Below, in pieces: positions 18,098-27,617 of a stretch of DNA of 64,000 nucleotides. This DNA comes from an uncultured Alphaproteobacteria bacterium. GTDB lineage: Bacteria; Electryoneota; RPQS01. The stretch is taken from the NCBI GenBank assembly GCA_964587105.1, contig CAZPKG010000005.1, positions 132,540 to 196,539 of the forward strand, given 5' to 3'. A program made the translations under genes and the position numbers. The notes beneath the pieces were generated by a model. The model was not told where the DNA came from, did not search any database, and saw nothing but the letters and a program-made list of their open reading frames with translations. Each line of letters opens with the position of its first letter. Position 1 is the first letter of the stretch.

Positions 18098-19250
18098 ATG
18101 AAACCTGAAGAATTGACACAGCAGATTGCGGAGTATCGACCGAAGTTAGATGTCTTGCGGAGGTCGCTTTGACTACTCCAAACGGCTGTCGGAAATTGAA
18201 CGATTAGAGACGCTGTCAGGCGGAGCGGGTTTTTGGGACGACCAAGAGCAGGCGCAAAAGGTGCTCCGACAGATTTCCGAGCACAAGTCATGGGTGCAGG
18301 CCTATCGCAAAGTGGAAACGGCGTTGGGGGATTTGGATGCACTGCGCGAGTTAGCTCAAGAGTCACCTGACGAATTCGGTTCGGACGATTTGGATAACGA
18401 AGCGAAGAAATTCGCGGAACTGTTTGACGACTTGGAAACGCGCGCGATGTTGAAAGACTCAAACGACACTCGCAGCGCGATTATTCATATACATCCGGGA
18501 GCAGGGGGAACAGAATCATCGGATTGGGCTGAGATGCTGTTCCGCATGTATATGCGATGGACTGAACAGCGCGGATGGAAGACCGACGTGCTCGATTTGG
18601 AACCGGCTGAAGAGGCGGGCATAAAGTCGGCAGTGATTGAAGTTTCGGGCGAGTTTGCCTACGGCTATTGCAAAGCAGAGACGGGTGTGCATCGGTTGGT
18701 GCGCATCTCTCCGTTTGACTCCAACGCGCGTCGGCACACGTCGTTTGCGAGCGTGTTTGTGTATCCTGAAGTCGAAGAAGTGCCCGAAATCGAGGTACGG
18801 CCCGAGGATTTGCGGATAGATACGTTTCGCGCGTCCGGCGCGGGCGGACAACATGTCAATCGAACGGAGTCGGCGATTCGCATCACGCATATTCCGACTA
18901 ACATCGTGGTGACGTGTCAGACGGATCGCTCGCAGCATCGCAACAAGGATTCGGCGATGAAAGTTTTGTATGCGAGGCTGTATCAAAAGTATCTCGACGA
19001 CGAGCGGGCCAAGAACGCCAACATCGAAAATTCCAAGACGGATATCGCGTGGGGGCATCAGATTCGCTCATATGTGTTCCAGCCGTACCAGATGGTGAAA
19101 GATCATCGCACAGGCGTGGAAACGTCGAGTATTCAGAAAGTGATGGATGGGGACTTGGATGAATTCGTACGCGCATTTTTGCTGTTGGGCGCGCAGGGCA
19201 AGTTTGCGCGCTCGCGGCAGCAAGCCTCGAATGATGAAGACGATCTGTAA
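18098..19250 (+). CDS. prfB: Peptide chain release factor 2 (programmed +1 frameshift at 18173)
   Basis: ORF1 MKPEELTQQIAEYRPKLDVLRRSL ends at CTT TGA C, preceded by AGGAGG. This is the classic RF2 frameshift cassette. The +1 frame continues DYSKRLSEIE... and includes GGQ (SGAGGQHVNRTESA). Confidence 0.9.
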
Positions 19251-19272
19251 ACAATAAACAGGGAGAAACCGA

Positions 19273-21327
19273 ATGAAGCGATTTGTAATTCTGATTGTGC
19301 TGTTGCTGGCTGTGTGTGCCTTTGCAAAGCCAAAACCTCTGGGCGCCGACGGCGAACCCTACTATGAGTTCGTGCCGAATCATGTCTTGGTGGCATTTTC
19401 AAAGGCCATCCCGCAAGCAAAGATCGACGAGATCATCACGCGGAGCGGCGGCAAGGTGGGCAGCTATTCAGAGTTATTAGACTTCTATCGGGTCGAGATG
19501 AGCACGTCCGCGCGGGAAGGCGTAGAGTATTTTCGTTCGCAGGACGACGTGCTGTGGGCTAACTACAACTATGTCGCGCACATGCAATTCGTGCCGAATG
19601 ATCAATACTATTCGTATCAATGGCACTATCCGTTGATCGGAATGGAGCAGGCTTGGGATATTACGCGCGGCGATCCGAGCGTTGTAGTGGCGGTGTTGGA
19701 TCAGGGATGGCAGTTTGATCACGAAGATTTCGCGGGAGTTGCGCGCATAAGTCCGCGCGACTTCATCGGCAACGATAATAATCCCGAAGAACCGAATCTT
19801 CAGGATTCACACGGTATGCACACGGCGGGAACAATATTCGCCTCTACAAATAACAGCACAGGAGTTGCGGGCGTCGCGCCGCTTTGCACTTTGATGCCTG
19901 TGCGCGTGTTGGACAATACCGGTTCAGGTTCGATTGAAGCGATCGCGAACGGCTTTGCATGGGCCGCGCAACAGGGCGCCGACGTCGTTAATGCAAGTTT
20001 AGGTTTTAGCAACCCCAACAATAATCCTCCTGTTGATCCGGGCCAGCCGCTGACGGGCGCGGTGCAGCAGTGCGCGGCGGCGAATGTGGTGATGGCGGTT
20101 TCTTCGGGCAATGATAATGCGGACTATGTTTCATATCCGGGGGCGTACACGGCGTGCATCGCGGTCGGCGCAACGGCGATAGATAATGCGATCGCGCCTT
20201 ATTCGAACAGAGGAACCGAACTTGACATTACTGCGCCGGGCGGCAATACCGATCAGGATTTAAATCAAGATGGTTATGTTGACGGTGTGCTCTCGACCGT
20301 GCGCAATGGTGATGGAGACTCCTATGTGTTTTGGCAAGGTACATCAATGGCCGCTCCGCATGTTGCCGGTCTCGCCGCTTTGATCTTAGCGCATGGTTGT
20401 CCTCCGGATCGCGTGCGTGACGCATTGCAAAACACTGCGGTTGATCTCGGCGCTCCGGGTTGGGACGTCGTGTTTGGATATGGCCGCATCAACGCACAGG
20501 CCGCCTTGCAATATAACTGTTCAGGCGGCGGCGGCGGTGAAACGGTGTTGTTTGACGGCCCGATGGAAAACAACTCTGAGGGATGGACGGTTTCCGAACA
20601 AGGACAAAACGGCGTGGGTTGGAGATTTTTGGATTTTGGCGCGCCTGATTGCGGTGCGACTCCTCACGGTGGTCAGAATGGCCTGTGGCACGATGACGAA
20701 CAGGGAGTCGGTTTGTTGGACGATTGGCTGTACACTCCACAAATCACCATTCCGTCGAATGCAGTCTCGGTCGCGCTGACATTTTGGCAGCGCAACTGTT
20801 ACGTCACACCGCAGTATTACGATTTGCACGCACTCTACTACTCGACCGATGGAAACAATTTCACACAGATTGTCGAGCTTGATGATCAAGCTCAGTCTTG
20901 GGAACAGGTTTCGATTGACGCATCCGCGCTGGCGGGAAACAACGTTTATTTTGGTTGGCGCTATCGCGGCGACTACGCAACCGAGTGGTTTTTGGATGAC
21001 GTGCGGGTAACGGCGACGACGAGTTCCGACGCAGCGCCGCGCAGTGACTACGTCATACCGGCGGAATTTACTCTGGGGAATCCGTTCCCGAATCCGTTTA
21101 ACAATGTGGTGCAAATTCCGTTTGAAGTGTCCCAGCCCCGCGAACTTACGCTGTCCGTTTACAACGTTACGGGGCAAAAAGTGGCAACGCTTGTCAACAA
21201 TAAAAAGCTTGCCGCCGGCGCGCATCGCGTGACGTGGCAGGCCGATCAAGTTGCAAGCGGTGTATATCTGGTGCAACTGACAAACGGCTCGCGCACCTTG
21301 ACGCAGAAGATTTTGCTGGTGAAATAA
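19273..21327 (+). CDS. S8-family subtilisin-like serine peptidase with T9SS C-terminal sorting domain
   Basis: Catalytic Asp/His/Ser motifs (VAVLDQG, HGMHTAGTI, GTSMAAPHVAG). C-terminal NPFPNPFNNVVQIPFEV...QKILLVK. Confidence 0.85.
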   Translation: MKRFVILIVLLLAVCAFAKPKPLGADGEPYYEFVPNHVLVAFSKAIPQAKIDEIITRSGGKVGSYSELLDFYRVEMSTSAREGVEYFRSQDDVLWANYNYVAHMQFVPNDQYYSYQWHYPLIGMEQAWDITRGDPSVVVAVLDQGWQFDHEDFAGVARISPRDFIGNDNNPEEPNLQDSHGMHTAGTIFASTNNSTGVAGVAPLCTLMPVRVLDNTGSGSIEAIANGFAWAAQQGADVVNASLGFSNPNNNPPVDPGQPLTGAVQQCAAANVVMAVSSGNDNADYVSYPGAYTACIAVGATAIDNAIAPYSNRGTELDITAPGGNTDQDLNQDGYVDGVLSTVRNGDGDSYVFWQGTSMAAPHVAGLAALILAHGCPPDRVRDALQNTAVDLGAPGWDVVFGYGRINAQAALQYNCSGGGGGETVLFDGPMENNSEGWTVSEQGQNGVGWRFLDFGAPDCGATPHGGQNGLWHDDEQGVGLLDDWLYTPQITIPSNAVSVALTFWQRNCYVTPQYYDLHALYYSTDGNNFTQIVELDDQAQSWEQVSIDASALAGNNVYFGWRYRGDYATEWFLDDVRVTATTSSDAAPRSDYVIPAEFTLGNPFPNPFNNVVQIPFEVSQPRELTLSVYNVTGQKVATLVNNKKLAAGAHRVTWQADQVASGVYLVQLTNGSRTLTQKILLVK

Positions 21328-21333
21328 CCCGCC

Positions 21334-22494
21334 TTGACTCCGCATACGCTCTCATTGCCGAACGTGATGTCGGCCGATGAAGTTCAACCTCATCGGCCGA
21401 CTTTTGCGCGCATCTATCGAGATGCGATTGCGGGGAATTTCAAACGGTTTCGCGAGCTTGCTCCGCAATCGCAATTGATGGCCGTGGTGAAAGCAGATGC
21501 TTATGGACACGGCCTGCTGCATTGCGCAAAACTGTTCAGCGAGTTAGGCACGGACAGTTTCGGAGTTGGTTTTGTCGAAGAGGGGATCGTCCTCAGACGA
21601 GCCGGGATTCGCGAGCCGATTCTTGTACTGGGCGGAATTGTCGGCTCGCAGATTGAATTGTTTCTCGAATACGATTTGGATTTGACGGCAAGCTCGCTAT
21701 TTAAACTTGAAGCGATTGAACGCGCGGCACAGGCAGCAGGTAAAGTCGCGAGGGTGCAACTCAAGATTGACACGGGAATGAACCGGATCGGGCAGAATTT
21801 TCGCACGGCGGAGAGTCTGCTCCGCGCGGCAAAAAATTCCAAGCATGTGCTGGTAACAGGAATCTATTCGCATTTGGCGACGGCGGAAGAGGTCGATCAG
21901 AGCTTCGCCCGCTTGCAGATATCACGGTTTGCAGAGATTCGCGAACTTGCCGACAGCATTGGATTCAGAGATGTAGTTTATCATCTTGCCAACTCTGCCG
22001 GAGCGATTCGCTTTGCCGATGCGCGGCTTGATTTGATTCGGCCGGGACTTGGCCTCTATGGCCAACACGCCGCAAGCGCATTGCAATCGGAATTCCCGCT
22101 CCTCCCTGCTCATCAGTTGGTGAGCGAAATTGTGTATGTGAAGGGTGTACGCAAGGGTGAGGGAGTCAGCTATAATTTGCGCTGGACGGCTCCGGAGAAT
22201 GTTTGGGTTGCGACCATTCCAGTGGGATACGGCGACGGATATCCGCGTTTGCTCTCGAACAAAGCAAATGTGTTGATTGGCGGAAAGAGATATCCTATTG
22301 TCGGAACGGTGTGCATGGATCAATTCATGGTGAATCTGGGACATGACAAACGCGCCGTCGGCGACGAAGTTGTGTTGTGGGGGAAACAGGGTGAAGACGA
22401 GATTTCGCTTTGGGAGTTGTGCGAGGCGGCAGGGTTTATTCCCTATGAACTGCCAATTTATTTGACGGGAAGAGTGCCGAGGCTGTTTGTATGA
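21334..22494 (+). CDS. alr: Alanine racemase
   Basis: PLP-lysine motif AVVKADAYGHG. C-terminal half has Alr signatures (..YGDGYPR.., ..GTVCMDQ..). The start may instead be at 21367. Confidence 0.85.
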   Translation: MTPHTLSLPNVMSADEVQPHRPTFARIYRDAIAGNFKRFRELAPQSQLMAVVKADAYGHGLLHCAKLFSELGTDSFGVGFVEEGIVLRRAGIREPILVLGGIVGSQIELFLEYDLDLTASSLFKLEAIERAAQAAGKVARVQLKIDTGMNRIGQNFRTAESLLRAAKNSKHVLVTGIYSHLATAEEVDQSFARLQISRFAEIRELADSIGFRDVVYHLANSAGAIRFADARLDLIRPGLGLYGQHAASALQSEFPLLPAHQLVSEIVYVKGVRKGEGVSYNLRWTAPENVWVATIPVGYGDGYPRLLSNKANVLIGGKRYPIVGTVCMDQFMVNLGHDKRAVGDEVVLWGKQGEDEISLWELCEAAGFIPYELPIYLTGRVPRLFV

Positions 22495-23915
22495 AGGAAA
22501 CAAAAGGCAAAAGTTACTTGGGGGACTTTTGGTTTCCAAGCAAGCCAGAACGCAAAGTACGTGGAAAGCTTATTATAGACGATTCCAATAAGTCTTCGCT
22601 TCAAACTGATGGTGCGCTTGAGGGTAACACATCAGATGATATCAATTCCTTTCCTCGAAGTCCAAAGCCAGACCTTGTAATTTGGGGTGAATTGGATGCG
22701 GGGGGAGTGGTCACCCTTTTTGACGTAATCCATTCCAGTGGGCATACATCTCCTTTTCGATGGGAAAGATACCAAGCAACTTACAACTCGCCTTTATGCG
22801 TCATGGGCGGACACTTCTCCCTCAAATCCGATTTGAAAGTAAGGGTGTTAAAACTATACTTCACAAATTTACGCGAATGGATTTGTTTCAGCCCTTTTGA
22901 TTATTCAATTCACAAGAAAGGTGAAGATATTGTTAAGATAAAGCATTGGCACGAGGAACAGTTTCGTATTTCTACGTCAATAGATTTTTGTATACAGTGT
23001 GGAATATCTCAAACGGCTGGGCCACTTGAGTTTCGGGCAGAAATCTTAGCTTGGGTTGCGTTAGTGTCAACTGACTCGCTAACACTCGATGAATGGTCAC
23101 CACACGTAAATTCATTCCAAAGGTTATTAATTTTTGCCTCCTCAAAACGTTCTATCGTTGAAAAGCTGCATGCATTCCCAATCACGCAAAATGAAGACGA
23201 ATTGAACATATTCATGCAAGTATCATTGCGCAATGTTGAAAAGCTTACGTCGAGGGAATTTCTATTTAGCTGGGATGACATCCTGTCAGATCGTAGGGGA
23301 GAGTTTCTGTCTAAGTGGTTCACACTTAATACTGATTTTGAGCAAGTGGTAAGTCTTTATATATCGAGCATAATTTGGAAGGATTCAAGCCAGTATCATG
23401 TTTTTCAGGTGTTAGTTCAGGCAATTGAGGCTTTTCACCGCGGCAAGTTTGATAGGCCACGCGTACCCAAAGGAGAGTTTAGAGTTTTGTGTGATGAAGT
23501 ACGCAAAACCATCAGTCAAGTAAAGGATGATGAGTGGAAAAGTAGATTTGCAACCGCAGTTTCAAACACTAACACACTTTCTTTGAGGGAGCGGATTGAA
23601 GAATTGCTTAATAAATATTCAATCGGAGCATCTGCTCTAATTGATAATAATGATAAGTTTGCAATGTTAATTTCAAAAACTCGAAATTTCCTTGCGCATA
23701 GAGGTGATGATCAAGATTTTGTGATCCATGAACGTGATATTTTTTGGTTCAATGAAGCAATGCGACACTTGCTTCAAATTGCTATCTTAGTTGAACTTGG
23801 TTATGTTGAAACGGATGCTGTTTCAATGATTCGTGAACATTCATTGAATCACAATCTGAAAAAATCACTCCGGTTGACTTCAGAAAAATACTTTCCCGAT
23901 GATCCGCCTTGCTAA
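22491..23915 (+). CDS. ApeA-like HEPN-domain protein (putative abortive-infection/defence nuclease), low-GC island
   Basis: 474 aa. N-terminus GDFWFPSKPERKVRGKLIID resembles ApeA N-terminal domains. C-terminal Rx4H HEPN motif (TRNFLAH). About 43% GC against about 58% in the flanks. Overlaps both neighbours. Confidence 0.5.
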   Translation: MKETKGKSYLGDFWFPSKPERKVRGKLIIDDSNKSSLQTDGALEGNTSDDINSFPRSPKPDLVIWGELDAGGVVTLFDVIHSSGHTSPFRWERYQATYNSPLCVMGGHFSLKSDLKVRVLKLYFTNLREWICFSPFDYSIHKKGEDIVKIKHWHEEQFRISTSIDFCIQCGISQTAGPLEFRAEILAWVALVSTDSLTLDEWSPHVNSFQRLLIFASSKRSIVEKLHAFPITQNEDELNIFMQVSLRNVEKLTSREFLFSWDDILSDRRGEFLSKWFTLNTDFEQVVSLYISSIIWKDSSQYHVFQVLVQAIEAFHRGKFDRPRVPKGEFRVLCDEVRKTISQVKDDEWKSRFATAVSNTNTLSLRERIEELLNKYSIGASALIDNNDKFAMLISKTRNFLAHRGDDQDFVIHERDIFWFNEAMRHLLQIAILVELGYVETDAVSMIREHSLNHNLKKSLRLTSEKYFPDDPPC

Positions 23916-24453
23916 TCCTTCCGACGCCGCGCAGATTTTGGATATTTACGCGCCGATCATTCGACACACGGCAATAACGTTTGAGTATGAGATTCCGGAG
24001 GTCGAGGAGTTTGAAGAGCGAATCCGGAAGACCTCTGAGTTCTATCCGTATTTGGTGTGGGAAGAGCACCGCGAGATTTTAGGCTATACGTATGCCACGC
24101 GGTTTCGTTCTCGTAAGGCCTATGACTGGATTTGCGAATCGGCGATATACATCTCTGAAAGCGCGCGCGGCAAAGGCCTTGGTCAAAAGCTCTATTTGAA
24201 ACTGTTTGACTGTCTGCGCGCGCAAGGTTTGGTTTCGGTTGTCGCTGTGGTAAGGCCGCATGCTCAAACAGTGGATTTTCATGAGGCTTTGGGATTTCAG
24301 AAAGTTGGAGTTATTCCCTTCGGTGGATATAAGCACAACGAATGGCACGATGCAGGCTTCTGGCAGCTTGTGCTGTTTGACCCGGCGCCGACGTCGCCCG
24401 CTCCGGTGAAGCCATTTCCCAGTATTTCTCATTTGATCTCGCTCGATGCCTAA
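23899..24453 (+). CDS. GNAT-family N-acetyltransferase (phosphinothricin acetyltransferase-like)
   Basis: GNAT motif A region ..ARGKGLGQKLY.. Global similarity to the PAT/YncA class. Confidence 0.8.
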   Translation: MIRLANPSDAAQILDIYAPIIRHTAITFEYEIPEVEEFEERIRKTSEFYPYLVWEEHREILGYTYATRFRSRKAYDWICESAIYISESARGKGLGQKLYLKLFDCLRAQGLVSVVAVVRPHAQTVDFHEALGFQKVGVIPFGGYKHNEWHDAGFWQLVLFDPAPTSPAPVKPFPSISHLISLDA

Positions 24454-25222
24454 AACGGCTTTGATCACGGGCGCATCGAGCGGAATCGGGCTTGAATTGG
24501 CGAAGCTGTTCGCGCGGGATAAGATCAATTTGGTGCTGGTTGCCCGGAGTGCGGAGCGACTTGATGAAATTGCGCGCGATTTGTCGGCGCAGTTCGGGGT
24601 TGCGACCGTTGTCATGATCGCCGATCTTTCCCAACCCAATTCCGCCGTGGAATTATTTCGCGAAACTCAAGTACGCGGTCTGACGATTGACTATCTCGTG
24701 AACAACGCGGGGTTTGGAATTCTTGATAGATTTCTGAATACGGACCTGAGTCGCGAACTCGAGATGATTCAATTACACGTGGCGACGACAACGACGCTGA
24801 CGAAGCTTTATGCCACCGAGATGACCGCGCATGGAGAGGGCAAAATTCTGAATGTGGCCTCGACAGCGGCCTTTCAGCCGGGACCGTGGATGGCTGTTTA
24901 CTACGCGACCAAAGCCTATATGCTGAGTTACAGCGAAGCGGCTAACGAGGCCCTGCGTAGTTCGGGTGTGACCGTGACATGCCTCTGTCCGGGACCGACA
25001 CCGACGAATTTTCAGGTCAGGGCGAAGAATCGCAAGAAGGGAATTTTGCGACATGTCAAGACGTCCGCTGAATATGTTGCTCTGAGTGGTTACAGGGCTA
25101 TGCACGCCGGGAAGCCACTTGTGATCCCCGGTGTTCTGAATCAAATCGGGGTGTTTGCCGTTCGTATTCTGCCGCGCAGAGTGGTCACCTATCTTTCGCG
25201 CAAGGCCTCAGAAAAATCGTAA
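24446..25222 (+). CDS. SDR-family oxidoreductase
   Basis: TGASSGIG glycine motif, NNAG, and the catalytic YxxxK (YYATKAY). Confidence 0.85.
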   Translation: MPKTALITGASSGIGLELAKLFARDKINLVLVARSAERLDEIARDLSAQFGVATVVMIADLSQPNSAVELFRETQVRGLTIDYLVNNAGFGILDRFLNTDLSRELEMIQLHVATTTTLTKLYATEMTAHGEGKILNVASTAAFQPGPWMAVYYATKAYMLSYSEAANEALRSSGVTVTCLCPGPTPTNFQVRAKNRKKGILRHVKTSAEYVALSGYRAMHAGKPLVIPGVLNQIGVFAVRILPRRVVTYLSRKASEKS

Positions 25223-25331
25223 ACCGGGTCTTAAACCTGCCACAAGTTTCGCATTTCCTCTCTCGTATTCTCTGGATCGGTGTGGTGTCGCCGTCCGAAA
25301 TCCTATATCTCCTATCCGTTCCGGAGGACCC

Positions 25332-27584
25332 ATGCCCCTGTTGACTGCCGTTTTGATTTTGATTTTGAGCCAGGTTGCGTGGGCGGACATGTCCGGCTAC
25401 GAAGTTGTGGCCAAGAAACTGACCGTGCCGATTGTGCTGGATGGTCGGATTGAAAAGACTTGGCTGGAAGGCGGCAAGGCCGACAACTTCATCCAACGCG
25501 AACCGGGCTACCCCGCTCCTGTGACTCAGAAGTCTGAAGTCTATGTTTATTACGACGAGAATGCGCTTTATTTTGCGTACATGCTCTATGACACGGCGCC
25601 CGACAGCATCGCGGGCCAGATTCAGCGGCGTGACAACGACTCCAACTCGGACTTCGTTGATCTCTACTTGGACACTTTTCATGATCACCGCACAGGCTAT
25701 TGGTTCACGGTTACTGCGGCGGGTGTGCAGGCGGAGGGAACGTTCTTCAGCGAGAATAATCTCTCAAACTCGTGGGATGCTGTCTGGGAATCTGCTGTTG
25801 CGATAACCGACAGCGGCTGGAGCGTTGAGTTGCGAATTCCGTTTCAGATTATGCGGCACGGCGGCCCGCGCGAAGATGGTTGGGGCGTCGCGTTCGCACG
25901 CAAGATATATCGCATTAACGAAGCAGGGTTCTGGCCGCCGGTTGATCCAGAGATTGGCTGGAAAGCATCGAAAATTGCTACGCTAAGCGGCTTGGACGAC
26001 ATCGCGTCCTCGGCACATCTTGAAGTGCTTCCACACGTTGTAGGCCGTTGGGATGCACCGGTCGAGCGCACTGAGGCATATGAACTGGCACAGGAGTTTC
26101 GCTCGGAGAACGAATGGGAGAACTTGGGTCTAACCTTGAAGTATGTTCCGTCGGCGGCTCTGAGTATTGACGCGGCTTATCAGCCGGACTTCGCGCAGGT
26201 TGACGTGGACGAAGCGGTTATCAATCTTACCGATTATCCAGTTTTTCTATCTGAGAAGCGTCCGTTCTTTCTTGAATCCAAAGAGTACTTTGAAGAGACG
26301 CCTTATACGTTTGTCTATACACGCCGAGTGGCCGATCCTGATTACGGCGGACGTGTAAACTATCAACAAGGGAACATTAAAGCGAGTTTTCTGGCGGGCA
26401 AGAATCGTTTGTCGTATTTCGACGAGCAATTTGAAACACGCGGACTCTTGCAAGATGCGTTTGTCGGACGTACGACATTAAATTCCGGCAGACATCGTTT
26501 CGGTTTGACAGGAACGTACCTTAACCAAACCGGATACTCGGCGGCAGCAGCAGGGTTTGACGCAAAATTCCGCTGGCGCGTGCGCGATCAACTCAATCTC
26601 TGGTTTGCCGGAGTAGATCGCAGCGGAACTCCGGTGCAGCATTGGTATCGCGTCACAGAAGTGAGCGATGAACAACCTGTTGAAGCTCGCGTCGGCTACA
26701 TTCGAGATTATGGCCCGTTCCGTTCAGAGCTTGCCGCAGCGTTTCGCGGAACGGACTATGACATTAACGATTTGGGGTGGGGTGATCCGTCAAATCAACT
26801 CCGACAAGCGCTGTGGATTGGGGACAACTACTATCTCAAAGGCACCGCGTTCCGTAATGTCGGATTTGACATCAACAGCCTCCGCACAACGTTGACGACG
26901 GGCGATGCGGCTGAAGGTTATGCGAATTTCAATCTCTTCACAACCACGCGCACGAATTGGGATCTTGGCGGCGGCATGGAGTGGGGTGATGATTTTCGCA
27001 GACGAAATGTAGGTCCGGATGGCGGCGAATTTCGCGACAACTTCGGTTCGTTTAATCATGAGTACTACAAATACTTTTGGCATTGGGCGTGGCTTTGGAG
27101 CGATCAAACGAAGCCCTTCCGTTATGGTTCTGACTTCCGCTATCGCACATTCCGCGACGGCAACGCTTTCGGATTTGAGCCTGAAATTTCTTGGCGTCCG
27201 CGCTCAAACATCGAACTTGGCGCCGAAGTGGATTGGACACGCGTGTGGGATTCGAAGACTTTTGTCGACACGAGCGGCGTACCAGAAGTCGCCGATTTTC
27301 GCAATTGGATCCTCAAAGCCAATTGGTCACCCAGCTTGAAACTCTCTTTCCGCGCAACCGTGCAATGGGTTGAAAAGGAGTGGGAAGATTACGGCACCCC
27401 ACGTCCCTACAGCGGTCGCAATCGACTCTATGGCAACTATCTGTTAGCATACAATTGGAGCCCGGGAAGTTGGTGCTATCTCGTGTACGACGAGACTTTC
27501 CGCGACGTTGAGACACGCGACAACAACGCCCCGAGTGAGCGCACTTTGCGCGCAAAACTAACTTACTTCTTCACGGTGCCGTAG
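25332..27584 (+). CDS. CBM9-like/DUF5916 outer-membrane-associated protein
   Basis: Signal peptide MPLLTAVLILILSQVAWA. N-terminal LDGRIEKTWLEGGKADNFIQREP...VYVYYDENALYFAYMLYD is typical of the carbohydrate-binding family 9-like domain that precedes DUF5916. Confidence 0.6.
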   Translation: MPLLTAVLILILSQVAWADMSGYEVVAKKLTVPIVLDGRIEKTWLEGGKADNFIQREPGYPAPVTQKSEVYVYYDENALYFAYMLYDTAPDSIAGQIQRRDNDSNSDFVDLYLDTFHDHRTGYWFTVTAAGVQAEGTFFSENNLSNSWDAVWESAVAITDSGWSVELRIPFQIMRHGGPREDGWGVAFARKIYRINEAGFWPPVDPEIGWKASKIATLSGLDDIASSAHLEVLPHVVGRWDAPVERTEAYELAQEFRSENEWENLGLTLKYVPSAALSIDAAYQPDFAQVDVDEAVINLTDYPVFLSEKRPFFLESKEYFEETPYTFVYTRRVADPDYGGRVNYQQGNIKASFLAGKNRLSYFDEQFETRGLLQDAFVGRTTLNSGRHRFGLTGTYLNQTGYSAAAAGFDAKFRWRVRDQLNLWFAGVDRSGTPVQHWYRVTEVSDEQPVEARVGYIRDYGPFRSELAAAFRGTDYDINDLGWGDPSNQLRQALWIGDNYYLKGTAFRNVGFDINSLRTTLTTGDAAEGYANFNLFTTTRTNWDLGGGMEWGDDFRRRNVGPDGGEFRDNFGSFNHEYYKYFWHWAWLWSDQTKPFRYGSDFRYRTFRDGNAFGFEPEISWRPRSNIELGAEVDWTRVWDSKTFVDTSGVPEVADFRNWILKANWSPSLKLSFRATVQWVEKEWEDYGTPRPYSGRNRLYGNYLLAYNWSPGSWCYLVYDETFRDVETRDNNAPSERTLRAKLTYFFTVP

Positions 27585-27617
27585 TCGGCGCCTTTGGTTC
27601 CGCAATCAAATTAGAAC

